Shown here piece by piece: positions 9,597-17,902 of a stretch of 32,000 nt of DNA. Position 1 is the stretch's first letter. Each line of letters opens with the position of its first letter. Origin of the DNA: an uncultured archaeon (GTDB lineage Archaea; Asgardarchaeota; Jordiarchaeia; Jordiarchaeales; Jordiarchaeaceae); contig CAZECW010000187.1 of NCBI GenBank assembly GCA_964510585.1, forward strand, positions 30,001-62,000. Direction: 5' to 3'. The notes beneath the pieces are model-generated. The model saw nothing but the letters and a program-made list of their open reading frames with translations, searched no databases and was not told the origin of the DNA. Position numbers and translations under genes: made by a program.

Positions 9597-10454
9597 ATGA
9601 AAATTTTGAAAGTACAGGACATCATGGAAGATAAAGTACCGTATGTAACAGTGCCAGGGACTAGAGATGAAGTTCTGAGCGTTATGAGGGAGACTAAAAA
9701 AACCTACCTACCTGTAGTAAAGAAGGGTAAGATGGAGGTTGTAGGAACAATTTCAGAGAGAAATCTTATGGATAAGCCCGAAGAAAGTCAAATTGCGCTA
9801 CTCATGAAAAGAGACCCCATAACTGTTTCTAAGGAAACAACAGTGAGGGAGCTAGTTAAGATACTTTTAGAAAACAACCTGAGATACATCCCTGTCACTA
9901 AAGACGGCAAAGAACTGGTTGGGATGGTGTCAGTATCGGATGTGGTTAGGAAGGCCATAGCGGTGGAGAAAGATTTGGGCCCCATAAAAGACTATGTTAA
10001 AAAAGAGCTGGTCACTGTTTGGGAAGGCACACCTATTCCCGTAGCGTTCAAAATAATGAGACTGGCAAGAGTAAATGTATTACCTGTACTTGATGATAAT
10101 GGTAATTTGTCGGGTATAGTTGATGATTCTGACTTTCTACATTTAAGCGAGGTGGTTTCCGAAGAGAAAGTGTCAAGTATATCTGCTACCAGCGAGGGCA
10201 CCGACTGGAGCTGGGATTCCGGGGACATTTTCCACATCACCACTAAAATACTTCGTTTGCCCAATAAGCCAGTTAAAGAGGTAATGACCAAAAGCGTGGA
10301 AACCGTAACAGAGCTCACAAGCTTTGACGACTGCGCCAGAAAGATGAGAAAGTTCGATTTAAATCAGATACCAGTAACCGACGCTAAAGGAAACCTCAGC
10401 GGAATAATACGCGACATTGACTTAATCAGAGGCTTCTTCCAGATCAGCAAATAA
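9597..10454 (+). CDS. CBS-domain protein (two CBS pairs)
   Basis: Four CBS repeats (LPVV, IPV, LPVLD, IPVTD with G.I/V...D). Confidence 0.9.
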   Translation: MKILKVQDIMEDKVPYVTVPGTRDEVLSVMRETKKTYLPVVKKGKMEVVGTISERNLMDKPEESQIALLMKRDPITVSKETTVRELVKILLENNLRYIPVTKDGKELVGMVSVSDVVRKAIAVEKDLGPIKDYVKKELVTVWEGTPIPVAFKIMRLARVNVLPVLDDNGNLSGIVDDSDFLHLSEVVSEEKVSSISATSEGTDWSWDSGDIFHITTKILRLPNKPVKEVMTKSVETVTELTSFDDCARKMRKFDLNQIPVTDAKGNLSGIIRDIDLIRGFFQISK

Positions 10455-10535
10455 GAATAGAACTCCCCAAAAGCAGTCTCATCGAATTCTCCGTGCCTAG
10501 TTTAATAATGCTGGGTAACTCTTCTATTACTTTAT

Positions 10536-10700
10536 TTACTTCTTTGTGGTTACACGCTTCTTAAGCCGTAGTCTCTTACTTTTACACCTGCGACATTTGG
10601 TTGCATAGAGGGCGTTTCGCGCGTAGCACTTCCTACATATCTTGACATATAGTAGGTGTGTTGCCGCAATTCTTCTTTTATCGGGATCTCCAATAGGCAT
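10536..10700 (-). CDS. rpl40e: 50S ribosomal protein L40e (54 aa, absent from the ORF track)
   Basis: Manual translation MPIGDPDKRRIAATHLLYVKICRKCYARNALYATKCRRCKSKRLRLKKRVTTKK has the L40e C-x2-C...C-x2-C Zn ribbon and LRLKK tail; GGTGA upstream. Confidence 0.96.
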   Translation of the reverse strand: MPIGDPDKRRIAATHLLYVKICRKCYARNALYATKCRRCKSKRLRLKKRVTTKK

Positions 10701-11005
10701 ACTCTGTCACCTGCGAGCTTGAGCACTGTCATTTTAAAGATATGATACACTTTTAAGCTTTTTCTACAAACTTATAGGCAGTCATATGGATATTTTTTGG
10801 TTGTGGGAGTGGTATTGTCGTCTGTGGGCTTTTTTGAATCTTTACAAACTCTGTTTTCCAAACTTGTAGAACTATTAGAAGAACCGGGCGGCCACTTCAT
10901 ATGCAATGAAATAAATTTATGAGTTAGCAATTTAACCTTAAAAATCCAAAATCGTATATTTTCTTTCAACTGATTGTCTGGAAAATTTGAGATGGAGGAT
11001 AGTGT

Positions 11006-12139
11006 TTGCGCCTTTTTGAATATGAGTGTAAAAAAATACTTCAAGACCAGGGCATTCCAGTACCTAAGGGTTCAGTTGCCGATTCGCCTGGAGAAGCAGT
11101 TAAAATTGCTGAAGGTTTGAGGGGGCCAGTGGTAGTAAAAGCTCAAATTCCCATTGGAGGCAGAGGCAGACTAGGAGGAGTAAAGTTTGCAGAAGGCCCC
11201 AAAGAGGCGGGAGAAAAGGCTGCCGAGCTGATTGGCTCCTATGTGGGAGATATTAAAGTAGAGCGAGTGTTAATAGAAGAAAAAATTGATTTCAGAGATG
11301 AAATCTACATTGGGATAACCATAGACCGCTCTGCTAAAAGACCAGTTGCCATAGTAAGCCGGTTTGGCGGAATGGACATTGAACAAGTGGCATTTAAAAC
11401 ACCAGATAGGGTACACAAACATTACATTAATCCAATAAGTGGACTAAATGAGGAAGAATCCATAAATCTGACTGAGAAAATGCGACTTGAAACTGAAGAA
11501 CTTATACAAGTTTCTTACATTCTGAAACGTTTGTGGGAAATAACACGCAAATACGATGGAGAATTGGTGGAAATAAATCCTCTGGTTAAAACTGTTGATG
11601 GAAAATTCTTAGCTTTGGATGCCAAACTGGTCATCGATGACAACGCTCTTTTTAGACATCCTGAATTTAAAACACACCAGTCGCCCCTAACTTCCGACTT
11701 GGAGGCTAAGGCGCTTGCAGAAGGCTTGACCTATGTCCAGTTGGATGGTGATATTGGTGTAGTTGGTAACGGTGCAGGGCTGACTATGGCTACCATGGAC
11801 CTACTTAGCCTCTATGGCGGGAAACCCGCAGACTTCCTCGACTTGGGTGGAGGGGCTACAAGGGAAAATGTTTCAGCAGCATTAAAAATTCTGCTAAGTA
11901 ACAAGAGAGTAAAAGTTGTACTGATAAACGTTCTGGGAGGTATAACCCGCTGCGACGAAGTAGCAATGGGAATAATTAACGCCTATAGTGTGTCTTCTTC
12001 AAGAGTTCCTCTCGTGGTTCGAATGATGGGAACCAACGAAGCAGAGGGGAGAAAACTCCTAAAAGAGATAGGGATAGAAACATTTAGAGATATGGAGGAG
12101 GCGGCTCAAAGAGCAGTGGAATTATCAGGGAGGTTTTGA
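11006..12139 (+). CDS. sucC: Succinyl-CoA synthetase (ADP-forming) beta subunit
   Basis: LFEYE.K, VKAQI..GGRG..GGVK, EINPL, LDAK, GNGAGL, FLDLGGG, GGITRCD. TTG start after GGAGG. Confidence 0.95.
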   Translation: MRLFEYECKKILQDQGIPVPKGSVADSPGEAVKIAEGLRGPVVVKAQIPIGGRGRLGGVKFAEGPKEAGEKAAELIGSYVGDIKVERVLIEEKIDFRDEIYIGITIDRSAKRPVAIVSRFGGMDIEQVAFKTPDRVHKHYINPISGLNEEESINLTEKMRLETEELIQVSYILKRLWEITRKYDGELVEINPLVKTVDGKFLALDAKLVIDDNALFRHPEFKTHQSPLTSDLEAKALAEGLTYVQLDGDIGVVGNGAGLTMATMDLLSLYGGKPADFLDLGGGATRENVSAALKILLSNKRVKVVLINVLGGITRCDEVAMGIINAYSVSSSRVPLVVRMMGTNEAEGRKLLKEIGIETFRDMEEAAQRAVELSGRF

Positions 12140-13012
12140 ATGGCAATTTTGGTGGATAAAGATACCAGAGTAATAGTGCAAGGAATAACTGGATACCAAG
12201 GAAGTTTTCACACCAAACTCATGTTAGAGTACGGCACAAAAATCGTTGCAGGTGTGACGCCTGGCAAGGGTGGTGTGGAAGTTCATGGGGTACCCGTGTA
12301 CAATTCGGTGAAGGAAGCTCTTTCTGAACACGACGCAAACTCTTCTATTGCATTCGTTCCAGCAAGATTCTGTTTAGAGGCGATTATGGAGGCAATAGAG
12401 CAGCACCTGAGCCCCATAGTAGTAATCACTGAGGGAATACCTGTACACGATTCAATGATGCTCTTGGAAAAGGCAAGAGAGAAAAATGTGTTAATTATTG
12501 GGCCAAATACTCCCGGAATAATTACCCCAAGCCAGTGCAAATTGGGAATTATGCCTGGGCACCTATTTAGCAGGGGAGGCATAGGTTTAGTCAGTCGATC
12601 AGGCACTCTAACCTATGAGATTGCATCCAAACTAACAAACTCGAAACATGGGCAGTCGACATGTTTGGGAATAGGTGGAGATAAGGTTAATGGATTATCC
12701 TACATTGATGTGCTTGAGATGTTTAGGCAAGATTCACAAACAAGCGCGGTGGTTCTAGTAGGCGAAATTGGGGGTACATTGGAGGAAGAAGCCGCAGAAT
12801 TTATCAAAGAAACGAGGTACGAAAAGCCAGTAATTTCCTTTGTTGCTGGGAAGACCGCTCCATTCGGAAAAACAATGGGACATGCAGGGGCAATAATATC
12901 TGGTGGAAGAGGTTCTCACACAAGTAAAATTAATGCCTTCAAGAAGGCAGGGGTTCACGTAGCCGAAGCTCCCTCTGATGTGGCTAAAATAATTAGTGAG
13001 CTAGGATTATAA
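12140..13012 (+). CDS. sucD: Succinyl-CoA synthetase alpha subunit
   Basis: QGITG..G.FH, GVTPGKGG, IGPNTPG, SRSGTLTYE, GEIGG, MGHAGA (phospho-His). Abuts the sucC stop. Confidence 0.96.
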   Translation: MAILVDKDTRVIVQGITGYQGSFHTKLMLEYGTKIVAGVTPGKGGVEVHGVPVYNSVKEALSEHDANSSIAFVPARFCLEAIMEAIEQHLSPIVVITEGIPVHDSMMLLEKAREKNVLIIGPNTPGIITPSQCKLGIMPGHLFSRGGIGLVSRSGTLTYEIASKLTNSKHGQSTCLGIGGDKVNGLSYIDVLEMFRQDSQTSAVVLVGEIGGTLEEEAAEFIKETRYEKPVISFVAGKTAPFGKTMGHAGAIISGGRGSHTSKINAFKKAGVHVAEAPSDVAKIISELGL

Positions 13013-13057
13013 ATTTAAGCATTTGAAATTTGTTGTTAATATCGATTCGGATTATTT

Positions 13058-13528
13058 TTAGACCATTGTTTCTAGAACGATATGGGCGCTGGTTTCCTCG
13101 ACGCCGTCAATTTCTGAGACTGTCCTTAAGAATTTATCTAGTTTAGATTGTGCCACCTGAGCTATAATGTCAACATCACCTGTAACCCTATAGATTTTTG
13201 TTGCTCCCGACTTTTTTATTTGCTCGTAGGCTTTCACTCTCTTTTGGGGAAAAACCTTCATGAACACAAATGCGTCAATTCCTGTTTCCCCTAATATACC
13301 TAAGGCTTTACTTGTAAGATCAATGAATCCCCTGCCTGTTCTGATTAGACTGCTGTCTCGAAGCTTTCTGAGATGATTACTAAGACCCTGCCTAGTGATA
13401 CCTAACTCTTTGGCCAGTGATGTTTGAGTCTTGTAAACCGTGCAAACTTGAATGTTTTCGCCATTTTCATAAAACTTTTTTAGAATCTGAATCTGCTTCT
13501 CAGTTACCTTAATATTCTCTTTTTCCAT
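13058..13528 (-). CDS. Winged-HTH plus Lrp/AsnC ligand-binding domain regulator
   Basis: TQTSLAKELGITRQGLSNHLRKL..IRTGRGFIDLT HTH; RVTGDVDII..IDGVEETSAHIVL RAM domain. Confidence 0.85.
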   Translation of the reverse strand: MEKENIKVTEKQIQILKKFYENGENIQVCTVYKTQTSLAKELGITRQGLSNHLRKLRDSSLIRTGRGFIDLTSKALGILGETGIDAFVFMKVFPQKRVKAYEQIKKSGATKIYRVTGDVDIIAQVAQSKLDKFLRTVSEIDGVEETSAHIVLETMV

Positions 13529-13566
13529 TTTTCAACAATCATCTCTTAATGTTGTTCTATCAGCTC

Positions 13567-13598
13567 TTTACAAATGTAAATATTTACAAATGTAAATA
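13567..13598. promoter_or_regulatory. Tandem palindromic operator candidate (TTTACA-AA-TGTAAA-TA) x2
   Basis: Exact 16-bp direct repeat TTTACAAATGTAAATA at 13567-13582 and 13583-13598, each a 6-2-6 inverted repeat, about 40 bp upstream of the regulator ATG at 13528. Confidence 0.7.
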
Positions 13599-13761
13599 AA
13601 AAGTTTATCTTTAAATAATGACTAAAATACAGAACAGACTATTCACACCAAAAATGTGACGTTTTTAAATAAAGTGACTATTTATACTCTAAAATAAATC
13701 CCGTTATTAGTAGCCACTTTAAATAGTACATATCCAGTTATGATTTAAGGAGACTGCTACA

Positions 13762-14403
13762 ATGCCTGAAGTAGAATTTAAGTCTGGAAAATTGACTTTG
13801 GAAGGCTATTTAGAACTGCCTAAAGGGGCGGGGCCCTTCCCAGCGTGTATCGTCTGCCATCCTCACTCCCTTTATGGGGGAGAAATGCACAACAATGTGG
13901 TTATGGGTGTGTGTAGCCACCTTGTTAAGAGCCAAATAGCTGCCTTGAGATTCAACTTCCGCGGCGTGGGGAGAAGCCAAGGAGAATTTGGTGAAGGAAT
14001 CGGAGAACAAGAAGATGCGGTAGCCGCCCTAGAATTTCTTCTTCAAAGGGACGAAATAGACGCCGAGAGAATAGCCCTAGCAGGATACTCTTTCGGAGCT
14101 TTTGTGGGGCTAGCGGCGCTGAATGGAAACGAGAACATTAAAGCACTTGTAGGCGTCTCTCCCCCCCTAACACTATTCGAATTCAGCTATTTGAAGAACT
14201 GCACAAAACCCAAACTGTTAATAATAGGTGACATGGATCAATTCACACCACTAAAGGTGTTCAAAGAATTCTACGAAAAAATTCCAGAACCCAAAAATAA
14301 AAGAATTATAGAGGGAGCAGACCACTTCTACTGGGGATACGAAAACGAAGTGGGGCAAGTAGTAGCCGACTTTTTAAAGAAAACCTTCAAAAACATACCT
14401 TAA
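13762..14403 (+). CDS. Alpha/beta-fold hydrolase
   Basis: CHPHSLYGGEMHNNVV, LRFNFRGVGRSQG, nucleophile GYSFGA, GDMDQF, GADHF. Confidence 0.9.
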   Translation: MPEVEFKSGKLTLEGYLELPKGAGPFPACIVCHPHSLYGGEMHNNVVMGVCSHLVKSQIAALRFNFRGVGRSQGEFGEGIGEQEDAVAALEFLLQRDEIDAERIALAGYSFGAFVGLAALNGNENIKALVGVSPPLTLFEFSYLKNCTKPKLLIIGDMDQFTPLKVFKEFYEKIPEPKNKRIIEGADHFYWGYENEVGQVVADFLKKTFKNIP

Positions 14404-14428
14404 AGAAAATCAAAAGAATATCTTAAAA

Positions 14429-14444
14429 CCCACATTCCGCACCC
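14429..14444. repeat. Terminal inverted repeat of IS1634 (transposase 3' side)
   Basis: CCCACATTCCGCACCC, directly after the TTAAAA target duplication. Confidence 0.92.
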
Positions 14445-14447
14445 CCT

Positions 14448-16070
14448 TTAACATAAATATATTTTTTCATAGACTGTTCCCAGAAGTGCAAGAATCTTCC
14501 GGTGAACCTCCCTGAGGTTAAGCACCGCAATAATCCTCTCCTCCCCCTCACCCCCCACTTCCAGCAACAGGTGTATCCCCTCAAACAATTGGAACACCCA
14601 CCGCATGGTGGGCCGCTTGGTGGGCTTCCCCTTCTGATCCGGAATATGCTCCTCCCTTTCCTCCAGAACCCTGCGAAGCTTGTACTGAGCCACAGAGTAG
14701 ACAAGCAGGCTGAGAACCATAATCATAACAAGACTCACGATCCTCTGAGGCTTCTTCAGAAACACCGAGGAGGCGAAGAAAAGGGGGTCTTTAAGGAACC
14801 GGAAGTCCCTCTCAACACTCTGCTGCCCCTTATACTCTTCCAGAAGCTGGTCGCTGTCCAGTTTCAGGTCGTTTGTGGCCACAATAAACTTGCCCCTCCT
14901 CCTCTCCTCAGCGTCCACCCGCTCCTCATCCACATCAAAGGAAGCCCTCACCCTGTAGACCCTTCTGGGGGGCTGCATGTTCCTAACCGGTCTACCCCTT
15001 CTTCCAGTCTTGTTGACCTCAACTATGTTCACTGAGCCTAATTTATGGTACTTCCACCCTTGAGCCGATTTTTGGACTGCGGAGAGGGCGTCCTCCGGGC
15101 AGTTGAATTCCCGGTTCCCCAGGTGCCACAGCTCCCTCTCAATCTTCTCCCCCTCCTTCTTTATGTTTCTTTTCAGGGTTTCCATCTCCCGCTGGTAGCC
15201 CTTCTCTGAGAAAACCACAAGCCACTTCTGCTCCACCCCACCATAATTGCTTCTGTACGCCTGGTGTTTGTAGCCCTCCAGGCTACTTTTAGCCATTTTT
15301 TCGGTTTCACACTCCTGAATCAGCCTTTTTGCCTCCCAGATGTTCTCTGGGACGCGGCTTATCCACCTAACCAGGGGGGAGATTTCCCGGATGTTGTCAT
15401 CACTGTAAAGTGCGGCGTCCATGACGTAGTACACTTCTTCGCCGTCTCCGGCGGCGAGTTCTTTTGAGAACTTTTTTATTACCTCTGGGAAGTGGTTTTT
15501 GTCGGAGGCGTTGCCACTCAGGACGTCGAGCCATATGGGGAGGTCTGACTGGGAGAGGGTGATGAGGGAGACTATGAACTGTTTTAGGTCGCTCCGCCCG
15601 TTCTTATTGGGGCGACCATAAGTTATGGTGATGGGGGTCATGTCTTCTTCTTGCTGTTGGTACTGGCCGTGGACGCTCATGGTGGTGGTGTCGAGGTGGA
15701 GGAATTTTTTCTCGACCCCCATGAGTTTCGCCACTTTGAGGGAGATGTGCATAAAGATCTGGGTGGGGTTGTTCTGGTACAGTCGGTCCAGGGCTCTTCC
15801 CAGGGTGTCGTCGTTGAAGTCTTCTGGTTTTAGGCCTTCCCTTATGAGGAGTTCTACGGGTTTGTTGTGCATGAATCCCGGGAAGAGGTAGAGGGGTTTG
15901 CTTGTGAATCCCAGGGCGTTTATGACCATGGCGAGGACTGCGTCGCCAGTTGTGACCTTCTGCTGGTCGTTTACTCCCACCATGCGGTTTATCTCTTCCA
16001 CTAGGTGGATTTCCCTGCACACGCCGGAAACTATGCCCAGATGGTCGATTACTTTGCTGCGGTATTCCAT
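14448..16070 (-). CDS. IS1634-family DDE transposase
   Basis: IDHLGIV.G, HLDTTT, DLKQF, GNASD, VMDAALY, F(I)VATN, YK.Q..VE..FRFLK, C-terminal QKGKPT..PT.RWVFQ.FEG. Confidence 0.95.
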   Translation of the reverse strand: MEYRSKVIDHLGIVSGVCREIHLVEEINRMVGVNDQQKVTTGDAVLAMVINALGFTSKPLYLFPGFMHNKPVELLIREGLKPEDFNDDTLGRALDRLYQNNPTQIFMHISLKVAKLMGVEKKFLHLDTTTMSVHGQYQQQEEDMTPITITYGRPNKNGRSDLKQFIVSLITLSQSDLPIWLDVLSGNASDKNHFPEVIKKFSKELAAGDGEEVYYVMDAALYSDDNIREISPLVRWISRVPENIWEAKRLIQECETEKMAKSSLEGYKHQAYRSNYGGVEQKWLVVFSEKGYQREMETLKRNIKKEGEKIERELWHLGNREFNCPEDALSAVQKSAQGWKYHKLGSVNIVEVNKTGRRGRPVRNMQPPRRVYRVRASFDVDEERVDAEERRRGKFIVATNDLKLDSDQLLEEYKGQQSVERDFRFLKDPLFFASSVFLKKPQRIVSLVMIMVLSLLVYSVAQYKLRRVLEEREEHIPDQKGKPTKRPTMRWVFQLFEGIHLLLEVGGEGEERIIAVLNLREVHRKILALLGTVYEKIYLC

Positions 16071-16111
16071 GTCTCAACCATTGTTCTTGAAATTAATAAA
16101 AATATAAGTAA

Positions 16112-16127
16112 GGGTGCGGAAAGTGGG
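16112..16127. repeat. Terminal inverted repeat of IS1634 (transposase 5' side)
   Basis: GGGTGCGGAAAGTGGG, directly before the TTAAAA target duplication. Confidence 0.92.
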
Positions 16128-16202
16128 TTAAAATTAATAAAAAAAATGGGACCAAACGGTTCCTCTCTATACTTTTGGTCCGATTAAACTAAGCCCTCTG
16201 GC

Positions 16203-16646
16203 TTACTTCTTCTTTTTGGCTTTTGGCTTCTCCTTTGTTTCTGCTTTTTCTTCCTTTTTCTCTTCCTCTTCTTCAGCCTTTTCGAGTTCCTCGAGGGGGA
16301 CTGGGGGTGGTGTGGTCATCATAGTATAACCTATCCAAGCTGCGATGACAAGGATTAGTGTTACTCCCAGCCAGATGGGTATGGCCACGGCTAGGAATCT
16401 TGGTGGAACTGGAATCCAGCTTAGTAATCCCGCTGACCAGTACTGTAAAAGTGCTATGGTGTGGGCGCCAATTATTGGACTTATCTCTCCCGAAGTGAGT
16501 GCCAGCATGAGTTGAATTGTTGTTGCTCCATTGTCCACCTGCGTTCCTATCCAGACCCCAAAGTACAGGGTCCACCAAGTGTACCAGAGGATGATTAACA
16601 CTGCAACAATGAATATTATTGCGCCATAAATCTTATCTCTAGCCAT
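16203..16646 (-). CDS. Small membrane protein, DPM2/PIG-P-like, with acidic/Lys-rich tail
   Basis: ATG-started 147-aa ORF with two clear TM helices. DKIYG...WYTWW and PR..AVAIP...G...IGYTMMTTPP align with recalled human DPM2 and PIG-P. The CDS is secure; the family call is inferred. Confidence 0.7.
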   Translation of the reverse strand: MARDKIYGAIIFIVAVLIILWYTWWTLYFGVWIGTQVDNGATTIQLMLALTSGEISPIIGAHTIALLQYWSAGLLSWIPVPPRFLAVAIPIWLGVTLILVIAAWIGYTMMTTPPPVPLEELEKAEEEEEKKEEKAETKEKPKAKKKK

Positions 16647-16943
16647 TTTCTATACCTTCCAAACATTATTTTTAAGATACCCTTTTAAGTTATTAGCTTT
16701 TCGGCACTTCACTTTTCTGAGAAGTGTCTAGTAGTGGATATTTCCATATTTACAATACAAGACATTAATAAAAATTTCTCTAATTTGGCAATCGTAATTG
16801 GCTCGTTTTCGTTTGCGTTTGCAAGAAGCGGTTCTACCCAAACCATAAAAGTCAGATTAGAAACAATAGAATTGTAAAATTTAGAAGCTGTAAATAGGAA
16901 TCCGGCTTAAGAAAATTGTTTTTGCGTGACCTGTAATTACAAA

Positions 16944-17867
16944 TTAAATTTTTATTTCTTTTAGATATTCTTTTATTGTTAATACCTCGTAGCAGCCTTT
17001 TTTCAAGTCGTTTAACAAGTTTTTGAGGTCGCTTAAGTTTTTGTTGATCTCTTCCTCTTTTAGAATCCTTTTTTCTTTTATGAGATAAGCTAAATGCCAG
17101 GGATGGAAGGATATCTGAAGTAAACCTCCTTTATCGTTTTTCTGGTAGGCTCTTATGATTTTTTTGTATTGTTCCAGTTTTCTCTTCTTTTCGAAGAGCG
17201 CCCATGTGTACAGTGTCATTCTTCCGGTGTTTAGGGGATAGACTGGGACGGGGACTTCTATTATGTTTTTTTGGTCTTCTTTTATACGGTAGGGTAATGG
17301 GGTTTCTACTGTTTCCACCATTATTGATGAGTCATATAGGTATCCCAGTTTGGTTAGAGCTTTGAAGGTGTCCGAATTAGTTTTCAGATAGGGGGCTCTA
17401 AATCCTTCGGGTTTCACTTTTAACAAGTTTTTAATGGTTTGCGTGGCTTCTCTCAAAATTTTTAATTGCTCGTTGTAACTGATTCTTATTCTCGTCTCCT
17501 CTCCAGTTAAATCCTCATGGTTTAATCCATGACAGCCAACCTCGTATTCCCTTAGGGATTTTATGATTTCGCCATGATTTTCTTTGAGATATTTTAGAGT
17601 TCTCGCCTCGATGAAGAATGTGGCTTTTAACCCTATTTCTCGGAGAAGTTCTAGGGTTTTTGTGAGGCCCTTAACGGTGCAGTCAAAAACCGCATCCTTT
17701 TTTCCATCGTATTTTGATGTTAGAATATCACTAACTGCATGTTTAACCCCTTTGAGGGGCATGGGGCAATCCCTGTCAAGGTCTATGGTGATTGCGATGT
17801 TGATACTTGTTCCTCCTACAAATATTCGAGTAGTGAAAAACAACATATACATCAACTTTAAAAACAA
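16944..17867 (-). CDS. Polysaccharide deacetylase (NodB/PgdA-like)
   Basis: TIDLDRD, ATFF, GCHGLNHE, GFRAPY, YDSS, FHPW. Start uncertain (17867, 17852, 17846 or 17804). Confidence 0.88.
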   Translation of the reverse strand: MFLKLMYMLFFTTRIFVGGTSINIAITIDLDRDCPMPLKGVKHAVSDILTSKYDGKKDAVFDCTVKGLTKTLELLREIGLKATFFIEARTLKYLKENHGEIIKSLREYEVGCHGLNHEDLTGEETRIRISYNEQLKILREATQTIKNLLKVKPEGFRAPYLKTNSDTFKALTKLGYLYDSSIMVETVETPLPYRIKEDQKNIIEVPVPVYPLNTGRMTLYTWALFEKKRKLEQYKKIIRAYQKNDKGGLLQISFHPWHLAYLIKEKRILKEEEINKNLSDLKNLLNDLKKGCYEVLTIKEYLKEIKI

Positions 17868-17902
17868 TTCGGAAAATTCAAGATTGGAGGTCTAGTTGGC
17901 AA

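Larger units (their letters stand above)
14429..16127 (-). mobile_element. IS1634-family insertion sequence (1699 bp)
   Basis: IRs CCCACATTCCGCACCC (14429-14444) and GGGTGCGGAAAGTGGG (16112-16127) match 15/16. TTAAAA is duplicated at 14423-14428 and 16128-16133. One intact transposase; GC higher than the host. Confidence 0.95.

Noticed and set aside
10550-11044. ORF-track entries 10550-10750 and 10772-11044
   Set aside because: The first is an off-frame shadow of rpl40e. The second covers the sucC promoter and start on the opposite strand with no recognisable motif.
11006-13012. sucCD as an ADP-forming acetyl-CoA synthetase partnered with ackA
   Set aside because: Subunit sizes and motifs (GNGAGL, GGITRCD, SRSGTLTYE) are those of succinyl-CoA synthetase, and the genes are about 8 kb from ackA.
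14423-16187. Multiple long alternative-frame ORFs within the IS (e.g. 14502-15035, 15604-16077)
   Set aside because: Shadows of the GC-rich, skewed transposase; low-complexity products with no motifs.
16203-17867. Deacetylase upstream of the DPM2/PIG-P-like gene read as a GPI-type mini-pathway
   Set aside because: The GPI de-N-acetylase PIG-L has an LmbE-type fold, whereas this enzyme has NodB motifs. The genes are about 300 bp apart and no glycosyltransferase is nearby.
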